From assembly GCA_002413795.1 (NCBI GenBank), contig DHXS01000009.1, positions 7,820 through 71,819 on the forward strand: 64,000 bases of DNA, in the 5' to 3' direction. Origin of the DNA: Candidatus Saccharibacteria bacterium UBA5150 (GTDB lineage: Bacteria > Patescibacteriota > Saccharimonadia > Saccharimonadales > UBA4665). Numbering within the stretch: position 1 is the stretch's first letter; each line of letters opens with the position of its first letter. Shown in pieces: positions 16,265 to 23,867 of this stretch. Below the pieces are notes generated by a model. That model did no database searches. It was not told the origin of the DNA and saw only the letters and a list, made by a program, of their open reading frames with translations. A program made the position numbers and the translations under genes.

Positions 16265-17971
16265 GTGGACGACGGCAACAAAGCTAAAGATTATATTATT
16301 CAGACTATTCGGGACATGATAGGTGAAGACCAGGATGAAATCGCCTTCTCGGAACTTAAATACGTGCTGTACGCTCGTAAATCTACAACCGGCAAGAATA
16401 AGAAGAACCGTGAACGCCAAGAACAGTCGATTCCTTCACAGATTAAAGCCTGTAAAGAAGCTGCTATGCGTGACCCAAAAATCCATATTGCAAAGATCAT
16501 CATCGAGAAACGCTCTGCCAAAGAGCCTGGCATCAGGAAAAAGTTCAACAAAATTATCGACCAGATTAAAGTTGGCACTTATGATGGCATAATTACGTAC
16601 GCCCCTGATCGTCTCGCCAGAAACATGAAGGAAGGAGGTGAAATTATAGATATGCTCGACCGGCGTGAGATTAAAGACCTCAGGTTCGCCACATACAGTT
16701 TCGAGAACACTCCGATGGGTAAGATGCTACTTGGCGTGTCATTCGTATTGTCTAAGCAGTATTCCGACCATCTGAGCGTTGTGGTAAAGCGTGGCAACAA
16801 AGATGCAATAGAGGTAGCCAACTTTATCGGTAAGTTTAAGCATGGGTACTACAAGAATAAGGATGGCCGGCTTTATCCTGACATGACTAACGGTAATTGG
16901 GAGCTTATAAAAAACGTGTTCGATATGCGTCTGAATGATAACGCAACAGGTACTGAGCTGGCTAAGTACCTGAACAGGAACGGTTATGAAATCCACCGAG
17001 CTGATGGGAGACATAAGTACATATTTACCGACAAACGTGTGTCAGAGATGCTGCGTGACCCATTTTACGCCGGTATTCTGGTTTACGGTTCTCAGATCAT
17101 AGATTTGCAGGAGGTTTACGATTTCACGCCCATAATTGAGCCTGACGATTTTCTGAAGATCAATAAGGCTGACAGTTTCCTAAACACTAACTTCCGATTG
17201 GCTCGGAAAGCTCTAACACCGGTGGGAGTTAGTGCTAACATGATGAACGGCATGATTATCTGTAACGACTGTAAAGAGCCGATGTCTGCCGGTATAATGA
17301 AGAAGTACCAGGGTTCTGGCGACAGTAAAAGGCTCATCGAACTTCGACTGTTGTACCGTTGCGATACAGAAGACTGCAGGTTCTTTAACAAGTCGTGCCG
17401 AGCCAAGTATGTTACTGACTTCATTTATGATTTTCTGGACAAGCACAAGTTTACCAGCAGAGAGGAATATGAGCATTACCTGGAAGATATGACCGAGGAA
17501 GTCGAGCGCAAGACAGCAGATATTACGCAGGAAATAAGATCGCTCATACGCCAGCGAACTGAAAAAGATAAAGATTACAAAAATACCAAAGCTCTGCTTA
17601 GAGAGGAGCCGGAGGAAGCTAAGCACTTTAAGGACGACTTGGATGAGCTGAAGGCAGACCTAAAGTCTATTAACGATGATATTGATACTAACGAGAAGCT
17701 GAAAGTCGAGCTGAGCGATACAAAGCTCAATTATGAGGAATATCTTGAACTTTTTGGAAAAGTGACCGATCTACTCAAGAAAACTTACTATATTGATGAC
17801 AAGGATGCGATTATCCGAAAGTTCTACTTGAACTTCACGGTTCAGGGCGAAATGCAGCCGAGCGGAAAGCAAGTAAAACAGTGGTCAGTAGTCGATTATG
17901 AGCTTGCTGAACCATTCGCTACATTCGTAAAAACCCATAATTCCCTGTCTGGTCGGGGTGACAGGACTTGA
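16265..17971 (+). CDS. Large serine recombinase
   Basis: YARKSTTGK and DRLARN match the resolvase domain. A recombinase domain, a Cys-rich zinc ribbon (CNDCKE..CDTEDC) and a coiled coil follow. The stop TGA 17969-17971 lies inside tRNA-Pro. Confidence 0.9.
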   Translation: MDDGNKAKDYIIQTIRDMIGEDQDEIAFSELKYVLYARKSTTGKNKKNRERQEQSIPSQIKACKEAAMRDPKIHIAKIIIEKRSAKEPGIRKKFNKIIDQIKVGTYDGIITYAPDRLARNMKEGGEIIDMLDRREIKDLRFATYSFENTPMGKMLLGVSFVLSKQYSDHLSVVVKRGNKDAIEVANFIGKFKHGYYKNKDGRLYPDMTNGNWELIKNVFDMRLNDNATGTELAKYLNRNGYEIHRADGRHKYIFTDKRVSEMLRDPFYAGILVYGSQIIDLQEVYDFTPIIEPDDFLKINKADSFLNTNFRLARKALTPVGVSANMMNGMIICNDCKEPMSAGIMKKYQGSGDSKRLIELRLLYRCDTEDCRFFNKSCRAKYVTDFIYDFLDKHKFTSREEYEHYLEDMTEEVERKTADITQEIRSLIRQRTEKDKDYKNTKALLREEPEEAKHFKDDLDELKADLKSINDDIDTNEKLKVELSDTKLNYEEYLELFGKVTDLLKKTYYIDDKDAIIRKFYLNFTVQGEMQPSGKQVKQWSVVDYELAEPFATFVKTHNSLSGRGDRT

Positions 17972-18025
17972 ACCTGCGACCTCACGGCCCCCAGCCGTAC
18001 GCGCTACCAACTGCGCCACACCCCG
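17950..18025 (-). tRNA. tRNA-Pro (anticodon GGG), CCA encoded
   Basis: The reverse complement folds as a cloverleaf: acceptor CGGGGTG/CACCCCG, anticodon loop CTGGGGG, T-loop TTCAAGT. 76 nt. Confidence 0.9.
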
Positions 18026-18046
18026 AAGTCTTGTGGCATGAATAGA

Positions 18047-18189
18047 GTCGGGCACCGGGTTTGATCACCTGAGGGATCCCAGGTGGGTGCCCGCACGTCC
18101 CGACCACGGTCGGCACAAATATTGGACTCCCTAATGATTAATATCAGATAATCATTCGCCCGGCGGGGGCTTATTAGGCCCTGCCCGAC
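18047..18189. ncRNA. Structured intergenic element, candidate ncRNA (class and strand unknown)
   Basis: Closing helix GTCGGGCA (18047-18054) / TGCCCGAC (18182-18189). Internal hairpins: 18066-18085 (6 bp), 18133-18156 (8 bp), 18158-18170 (4 bp) and 18087-18116. Confidence 0.35.
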
Positions 18190-18197
18190 CCTAGCCA

Positions 18198-18827
18198 TTA
18201 TACCAGCAGAAATTGCAGGATGGAGTTTTCGAGATTAATGATCGGTCCGGAGGCAAACTGGAAAATGAGCAGAATAAAAACCAGAATGGCCAGAAAGCCG
18301 GCGCCCTCGATCTGGCGCATCAGATCCTGGAGCGGTTCGGGCGCGAAAGCGTACAACAGCCGTGAGCCGTCAAGCGGCGGGAACGGGATCATATTAAAGA
18401 TAAAGAACCCGACATTGACCGCCGTAAAGATGCCGATAATGTTATTAACATCACTACTCAGCCCTGGGCCCCACAGGCGGAAAACGGCCGCCGCCAGGCA
18501 GGCCAGCGCCAGGTTGGTTAGCGGCCCGGCCACGCCCACCAGGGCGGCGCCGAACTCGTCGAACTTCAGGCGGTCCGGATTAAATGGCACCGGCTTGGCC
18601 GCGAAAATCGGCAGCGCGCCGGCCAGCAGTAGCACCATTGGCAGCAGTACGGTAGTAAACAGGTCAATGTGCTTGAGCGGGTTAAGAGTCAGGCGGCCGG
18701 CGTGGAAGGCCGTGTCATCGCCCAGCCAGTGCGCCACGTAGCCGTGCGTGGCCTCATGGATAGCCATGGAAATAATAATCGAAACCAGCACTATTACCAG
18801 GTCACCACCGGACAAATTGCTAAGCAT
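18198..18827 (-). CDS. Site-2 protease family (M50) membrane metalloprotease
   Basis: HEATHG contains an HExxH motif within a TM helix. The protein is polytopic and has PPLDGSRLL. Confidence 0.8.
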   Translation of the reverse strand: MLSNLSGGDLVIVLVSIIISMAIHEATHGYVAHWLGDDTAFHAGRLTLNPLKHIDLFTTVLLPMVLLLAGALPIFAAKPVPFNPDRLKFDEFGAALVGVAGPLTNLALACLAAAVFRLWGPGLSSDVNNIIGIFTAVNVGFFIFNMIPFPPLDGSRLLYAFAPEPLQDLMRQIEGAGFLAILVFILLIFQFASGPIINLENSILQFLLV

Positions 18828-18881
18828 AGCCCTTAGTATACCAGTTGACGTAAGAAGTTAAATTAGCTACAATTAACCCCT

Positions 18882-19085
18882 ATGCAAAAGTGTGATCTCA
18901 CCGGCAAGGGCAAGCAGTACGGCAGTAATGTCAGTTTCTCTCAGCGCCACACCAAAAAAGTCTGGAAGCCCAACCTCCAGGCTAAGACCGTCGTGGTCAA
19001 CGGCAAAAAAGTCCAGATGAAGCTCAGCACCCAGGCCATTCGCACTCTCAAGAAAAAGGGTCTGCTCGACCCTGCCGCCAAGTAG
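18882..19085 (+). CDS. rpmB: 50S ribosomal protein L28
   Basis: MQKCDLTGKGKQYGSNVSFSQRHTKKVWKPNLQ is the L28 signature. Confidence 0.9.
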   Translation: MQKCDLTGKGKQYGSNVSFSQRHTKKVWKPNLQAKTVVVNGKKVQMKLSTQAIRTLKKKGLLDPAAK

Positions 19086-19086
19086 C

Positions 19087-19710
19087 CTAAGACTTTTCTA
19101 AAATAATCAGTTGTGTAACATCGGCCAGTTCGGCCGGCTTAACCTTGAGCTTGCTGACCGTTTCTTTGGGCTCCATAGCCAGTTCCTTGAGGGCGTGGGC
19201 CAGATCCTGCTGGGGTACGGGGAACTTGAAGGCCTTGTCGTCATAATGCGTCGGGATAACCAGCTTGGGTTCGACCTTTTTTATAAGCGTTAGGGCGCCG
19301 ACCGGGTCTACGGTGTAGCCGTTGCCGCCGATGGGCACTATAAGGACATCGACCAAGCCGATGGCTTCCAGCTGAGCTTCGCTTAGCTCGGGATAAATAT
19401 GGCCGGTGATCAGCACGCTTTGCTCACCAACAATAAGTTTGAACATGGTGGCGCTCAGGCCGTCAGGCTCATCAACATGCGCCCTGGCCGGTATACCGAC
19501 TACCGAAACATCGGAGATCTCATATTCGCCGGGCCCGTCAAATACCAGGCGGGCTTTGTCGGCACCGCCGTGGGCACCCGTAAACAGGGCGGCGTCGTCG
19601 GGTTTGATAACGCCTTTGGCGCCCAGATCGGCAAGGTTATCGTCGATTACTATTCGGGAACCTTTATGCGTTACGCTAACACAGTTCGCGCCGTAGAACT
19701 GCAGGTCCAT
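19087..19710 (-). CDS. MBL-fold (Lactamase_B_2/3-like) hydrolase, metal motif not obvious
   Basis: The C-terminal sequence IVPIGGNGYTVDPVGALTLIKKVEPKLVIPTHY is typical of the family. No clear HxHxDH motif. Confidence 0.55.
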   Translation of the reverse strand: MDLQFYGANCVSVTHKGSRIVIDDNLADLGAKGVIKPDDAALFTGAHGGADKARLVFDGPGEYEISDVSVVGIPARAHVDEPDGLSATMFKLIVGEQSVLITGHIYPELSEAQLEAIGLVDVLIVPIGGNGYTVDPVGALTLIKKVEPKLVIPTHYDDKAFKFPVPQQDLAHALKELAMEPKETVSKLKVKPAELADVTQLIILEKS

Positions 19711-20358
19711 TTACTTCTCTTCCTTGGCTTCAGGCGCAGGCGTTTCGGCTTCTTCGGGTGTGTCTTTCTTGGTTTCGGTTAACAGGTTGTGCTCGTCTAC
19801 CAACACCTGCTTTTTGGCGCGGTTAATGCCGGTGATAAAGCGGTCGCGGACTTGCTGGCGGTACTTATAATCGGCCAGGCTCATGACCGTGTAGCGCAAT
19901 GACTTGCCTTCTTGGGCTTCCAGCTCATCGACGTATTTGCGGAGGGCGTTCTTATTAACCTCGCCAACAACCAGGAAATCGACGCCAGCCGTGTCATCAC
20001 GGGTAAATTGACCGGTGTAAATAGCCAGGTCAACGTGCCCGACGGCCCTTAGGCCGGTTTCCTCGCCGGCTTCGTCGGCTGCGGCCTGGCGGGCTTTTTT
20101 GATGCCCCCGCCAAAAATTTCTTGTAAGGGCTTATAGTATTCGTACTTCTGGTTGACTTCGTAATAAAGCTTGTTGTTGTTGTTGTCGGACGTGATGATG
20201 CCGATGGACAGCAAGTTGCTGAGCTCGCGGCGGACGGAATTTATCTGCTCGTCGATTTTGCGGGTGATCTCGCGGACATAAAAAGAGCGGTTTGGATTGC
20301 TGAAAAACAGCTGCAAAAGCTTGACCCGCGTTTTTGACCCAAAGAGTTGCTCAATCAT
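19711..20358 (-). CDS. Winged-helix (ArsR-like) transcriptional regulator with a C-terminal domain
   Basis: FGSKTRVKLLQLFFSNPNRSFYVREITRKIDEQINSVRRELSNL fits a wHTH. Confidence 0.6.
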   Translation of the reverse strand: MIEQLFGSKTRVKLLQLFFSNPNRSFYVREITRKIDEQINSVRRELSNLLSIGIITSDNNNNKLYYEVNQKYEYYKPLQEIFGGGIKKARQAAADEAGEETGLRAVGHVDLAIYTGQFTRDDTAGVDFLVVGEVNKNALRKYVDELEAQEGKSLRYTVMSLADYKYRQQVRDRFITGINRAKKQVLVDEHNLLTETKKDTPEEAETPAPEAKEEK

Positions 20359-20395
20359 GAATCAAGTGTAGCAAAGTTTGGGGCTATAGTGAACC

Positions 20396-21271
20396 TTAGT
20401 TATCCAAAAATGTTGTGACAGTCTCTACAACAGATAGCCAATTAACAGGGGTATTTATCCATTGAATACTTTTGTTTCGCCTAAACCAGGTGCGCTGGCG
20501 TTTGGCCAAATCAAGGCTGGCTTTGATGATCTTTTGACGGGCCTGGCCGGACGTTTCCGTGTCATTTAAGTGGCCTTGCCACTGCGCATAGCCGACGCCT
20601 TTAAGAGCCTCGCAGTCCCAGCCGTAACGCCCGGCCAGGCCCCGCACCTCAGCCTCCAAACCGGCCGCCAACATGGCATCCACCCGGGCGGCAATTCTCT
20701 GCTCCAGCTCCGGGCGTTCAACTTTTAAGCCCAGGATCAAAGTATTGGACCTCAGCTCCTGCCGGCTGGCCACGGCGCCATTAGTCTCGATTAGCCGGAT
20801 CAGGCGGCGCTTGTTGCGCTTATCAACGCCGCCCGGATCAATCCCCAGGCCATCAATCTTCTCCAGCAGCTCCTTAATACTCAACCGGTTCAGCTCTTCC
20901 CTGTCGCCGCGGTCGCCGGCCGGCAGAAAGCCAAAATCGTACAGCACGCCGTCTATATAAAGGCCGGTGCCGCCGACCATAATCGGCAATTTACCCCTGT
21001 CAGAGATGTCTTTAATAGCTTGATTAGCCAGTTTCTTAAAGACCGCTGCCGTGAAGTCTTCGCAGGGCCCAGCTACATCTAATAGATGGTGAGGTACCAA
21101 AGCTTGCTCCTCGGCGGTCGGCTTGGCCGTGCCGATATCAACCTCACGGCGCACCGTCCAGCTGTCGGCACAGATAATTTCACCGTTAAACTTCTGGGCC
21201 AGCTCCAACGCCAGCGCCGACTTCCCCGACGCCGTCTCCCCCACCACCACTACCAGCTTAGGCGGCACCAC
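20396..21271 (-). CDS. miaA: tRNA dimethylallyltransferase
   Basis: The P-loop GETASGKSALA and IPT-family layout are present (PHHLLDV, GGTGLY). Confidence 0.9.
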   Translation of the reverse strand: MVPPKLVVVVGETASGKSALALELAQKFNGEIICADSWTVRREVDIGTAKPTAEEQALVPHHLLDVAGPCEDFTAAVFKKLANQAIKDISDRGKLPIMVGGTGLYIDGVLYDFGFLPAGDRGDREELNRLSIKELLEKIDGLGIDPGGVDKRNKRRLIRLIETNGAVASRQELRSNTLILGLKVERPELEQRIAARVDAMLAAGLEAEVRGLAGRYGWDCEALKGVGYAQWQGHLNDTETSGQARQKIIKASLDLAKRQRTWFRRNKSIQWINTPVNWLSVVETVTTFLDN

Positions 21272-21612
21272 TACCTTACCTTCGTCTTTTGGACCAGGCC
21301 TTCAGGCAACCATAAGAGTTTATCAATATCGACCTTGTAATCTTCGGAAACGGCCACGCCCTCGGCCTCCAGCACCTGCTTGTGGCCTGCCCGGCCGCCG
21401 GGATAACCGCTGGCCAGACCGCCCTGCTTGTTAACCACCCTCTGCCATGGCAGAGCCGGGTCACCAAAGTGGGCAATGCCACCGACGATGCGGGCCGCCC
21501 GGGCGTTGCCGCACAGCCCTGCCAGCTGGCCGTAGGTCATCACCCGGCCGCGCGGAATCCGAGCCACCAAAGCCTCCACCCGCTGGCGAAAGTCGGCTTC
21601 AACCTCTCTCAT
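21271..21612 (-). CDS. Alkyltransferase-like (ATL) protein: MGMT DNA-binding domain without the acceptor Cys
   Basis: 113 aa. The motif LPWQRVV replaces the MGMT PCHRV (Cys to Trp). Confidence 0.75.
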   Translation of the reverse strand: MREVEADFRQRVEALVARIPRGRVMTYGQLAGLCGNARAARIVGGIAHFGDPALPWQRVVNKQGGLASGYPGGRAGHKQVLEAEGVAVSEDYKVDIDKLLWLPEGLVQKTKVR

Positions 21613-21616
21613 AAAT

Positions 21617-23461
21617 CTATAACGACGACTTTAAGACCCGGCTCCGGGCCTCGTTGACCACCGTTTTCAGGAACTGCTCAACCGGCACGGTCAGCGGCAC
21701 GTCCATCACTGCCATGTCCTTGCGGATGCGCGGCACCACTTCCCCGCCGGCAATTTCCTTCTCGCCAATCACGACAGTGTAGGGGACTTTTAGCAGTTCG
21801 GCGGCCCGGATCTTCTTGCCAACCGATTCGCTGGACTCATCTATCGTCAGCCTGAGCCCCTGGCCCCGAGCCTCGGCCGCCACCTTCCGGGCAAAGGCTA
21901 CGGTGGCCTTTTCCTGGTTAACGGTAATTAGCCGGATCTGTTCCGGCGCCAGCCAAACCGGGAACCGCCCGGCCGTATGCTCTATATAAACCGCCAGGAA
22001 CCGCTCCACCGACCCCAGCAAAGCACAATGAATCATAACCGGACGCTGTTCCTTGCCATCTTCAGCGATATACTTGAGCCCAAAACGTTCGGGCATTACA
22101 AAATCCAGCTGGACGGTCGCCACCTGATGCTCGCGGCCGATGGCGTCGGTTGCCATAAAGTCGATTTTGGGGCCGTAGAAGGCGGCCTCGCCGGCTTCCT
22201 CAAAGAAGTCCAGCTTATTGGCCACCACGGCGTTTTTAAGCTGCTGCTGGGCGCTTTTCCAAAGCCCGGGCTCGCCAAGATAGGCATCGGTTTCGTCTCT
22301 GTAGCTAAGCCGGACCCTCAGGGCCATGCCGATGGTGCTGTACAGCTCGTGCGCGGCCGTTAAGAGATTGTTGATCTCGCCTTCAATCTGGTCCTGCCGG
22401 CAAAAGACGTGACTGTCGTCCATGCTGATTGATCGGACCCTGCTTAATCCCCCCAGCTCACCGCTCTTTTCGTCCCTATAGACGGTAGCAGTTTCAAGAT
22501 ATCTTAGCGGCAGGTCGCGATAACTGCGCGGCTGGGACTCATATATCCGCGTATGGTGCGGGCAGTTCATCGGTTTCAGCACCAGCTCGTCGCTGGTCTC
22601 CTGACTCTTAACCAGGAACAGCTCGTCGCCAAACTTATCCCAGTGACCGGAGGCTTCATAAAGCGCCTTCTTGGTCATGTGTGGCGTCCAGACTTTTTGG
22701 AAACCATTGCGCTGACGTAACTGATTGGAAAAGTCAGTCAACCGGTCACGCAGAATGGTGCCACGGGGCGTGAACATCGGCAATCCCGAGCCCACCAGAT
22801 CCGAAAAGACAAACAGGTCCAGCTCCTGCCCCAGCCGGCGATGGTCGCGCTTTTTGGCTTCTTCGAGCATTGTCAGATGGTCTTTTAGCTCCTTATCACT
22901 GGCGAAAGCCACGCCGTAAAGCCGCTGCATCTGGGGATTCTTTTCACTGCCCCGCCAATAGGCGCCGGCCACCCGCATCAGCTTAAAGGCGCCGACCTTG
23001 CCGGTAGAAGCCACGTGCGGCCCCCGGCAGAGGTCCGTAAAGTCGCCGTTTTGGTAGAAAGAAACGTTGCTAACCTGCGCTTCGCCCTCGGCAATGGTGC
23101 CCAGCTCGGCGGCGTCCAGATCTTTGGCCACGGTGGTGCCGGCCCGCTTTAGGTCGTTCAAAAGCTCTTCTTTATAAGGTTGTTTGGCCTCGCGCGCCCA
23201 GGCAATGGCCTCGTCTATCGGCTTTTCCAGCCGCTCGAAGGGCTGGTCGGCCTCTATAATCTTACGCATTTCGGCCTCGATTTTGGCAAAATCCTCTACC
23301 GAAAGATTGGCCTCTCCCAGATCAATATCATAATAAAAGCCGTTACCTACGGCCGGGCCGACCCCGAACTTGGCCTCCGGCCACAACTTCTGGACCGCCG
23401 ACGCCATAACGTGCGCCAGGCTGTGCCTCATTGCTTGTAATTGATCTGTTTCCGCCGCCAT
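21617..23461 (-). CDS. thrS: Threonine--tRNA ligase, short form without the N-terminal TGS domain
   Basis: RHSLAHVMA is the editing-domain motif; class II core and anticodon-binding domain follow. The track start TTG 23494 lies upstream of the -10 element TGCTATACT (23472-23480), so ATG 23461 with GGGGA is preferred. Confidence 0.9.
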   Translation of the reverse strand: MAAETDQLQAMRHSLAHVMASAVQKLWPEAKFGVGPAVGNGFYYDIDLGEANLSVEDFAKIEAEMRKIIEADQPFERLEKPIDEAIAWAREAKQPYKEELLNDLKRAGTTVAKDLDAAELGTIAEGEAQVSNVSFYQNGDFTDLCRGPHVASTGKVGAFKLMRVAGAYWRGSEKNPQMQRLYGVAFASDKELKDHLTMLEEAKKRDHRRLGQELDLFVFSDLVGSGLPMFTPRGTILRDRLTDFSNQLRQRNGFQKVWTPHMTKKALYEASGHWDKFGDELFLVKSQETSDELVLKPMNCPHHTRIYESQPRSYRDLPLRYLETATVYRDEKSGELGGLSRVRSISMDDSHVFCRQDQIEGEINNLLTAAHELYSTIGMALRVRLSYRDETDAYLGEPGLWKSAQQQLKNAVVANKLDFFEEAGEAAFYGPKIDFMATDAIGREHQVATVQLDFVMPERFGLKYIAEDGKEQRPVMIHCALLGSVERFLAVYIEHTAGRFPVWLAPEQIRLITVNQEKATVAFARKVAAEARGQGLRLTIDESSESVGKKIRAAELLKVPYTVVIGEKEIAGGEVVPRIRKDMAVMDVPLTVPVEQFLKTVVNEARSRVLKSSL

Positions 23462-23471
23462 ATTCCCCGTT

Positions 23472-23480
23472 AGTATAGCA
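23472..23480 (-). promoter_or_regulatory. Extended -10 promoter element of thrS
   Basis: The reverse complement reads TGCTATACT, 10 nt upstream of ATG 23461. Confidence 0.4.
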
Positions 23481-23498
23481 TTTAACAGAGGCAAACTA

Positions 23499-23536
23499 AA
23501 AGGGTCAAGTGATCTCGCAATGTCACTTGACCCTTT
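23499..23536 (-). terminator. Strong hairpin / intrinsic terminator on the minus strand, just upstream of the thrS promoter
   Basis: A 14-bp perfect stem (AAAGGGTCAAGTGA / TCACTTGACCCTTT) with a 10-nt loop. The minus strand continues TTTTAGTTT. Confidence 0.5.
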
Positions 23537-23593
23537 GAAACACTCGTTTTGTCGAGGTAAAACAATCTCGGCAAAACCGCACCTGTGACGAAC

Positions 23594-23603
23594 ATCATAG
23601 CAA
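23594..23603 (-). promoter_or_regulatory. Orphan extended -10 element (rc TTGCTATGAT)
   Basis: It has the same motif class as other promoters in the window. It points toward the 23499-23536 terminator. Confidence 0.35.
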
Positions 23604-23752
23604 GGCTGGTACTATATGGCTAGCCTATTTATGCTGTAAAACCTACATTTATGCTGGGGAAAACTATTTTCAAATTAACGTCATGGCTGGCGTTAGCGAC
23701 ACATATTCTTGCTAATGAGCCCGAATTCCTGTAGTTTATATCTGTTACATAA

Positions 23753-23829
23753 GGGCGATTAGCTCATTTGGCTAGAGCGCCGCATTGACGTTGCGGAGGT
23801 GATAGGTTCGAATCCTATATCGCCCACCA
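23753..23829 (+). tRNA. tRNA-Val (anticodon GAC), CCA encoded
   Basis: Cloverleaf: acceptor GGGCGAT/ATCGCCC, anticodon loop TTGACGT, T-loop TTCGAAT. 77 nt. Confidence 0.9.
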
Positions 23830-23832
23830 GAC

Positions 23833-23861
23833 TTGACCGGCCGTCTTATTTTTGTTAGGAT
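23833..23861 (+). promoter_or_regulatory. Sigma70-like promoter candidate
   Basis: TTGACC (23833-23838), a 17-nt spacer, TAGGAT (23856-23861). Confidence 0.45.
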
Positions 23862-23867
23862 AGTCCG

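Larger units (their letters stand above)
8528..17971. mobile_element. Low-GC integrative island at tRNA-Pro(GGG), carrying a tyrosine and a large serine recombinase plus cargo genes
   Basis: GC drops to ~40-47% (hand-counted lines 9061 and 10801) against ~63-65% in the flanks (8221 and 18301). The recombinases lie next to the tRNA. TGGTCGG is repeated at 8528-8534 and 17950-17956. The left boundary is approximate. Confidence 0.65.

Noticed and set aside
8528-17971. The island was considered as a prophage or conjugative element.
   Set aside because: There are no terminase, portal, capsid or tail genes, and no relaxase or T4SS genes. Only recombinases plus cargo are present, so it is called an integrative island.
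23537-23752. A T-box riboswitch upstream of thrS.
   Set aside because: No T-box consensus (GGTGGTACCGCG-like) or specifier-loop architecture was found. The leader is far too short. It is reported instead as an unclassified candidate.
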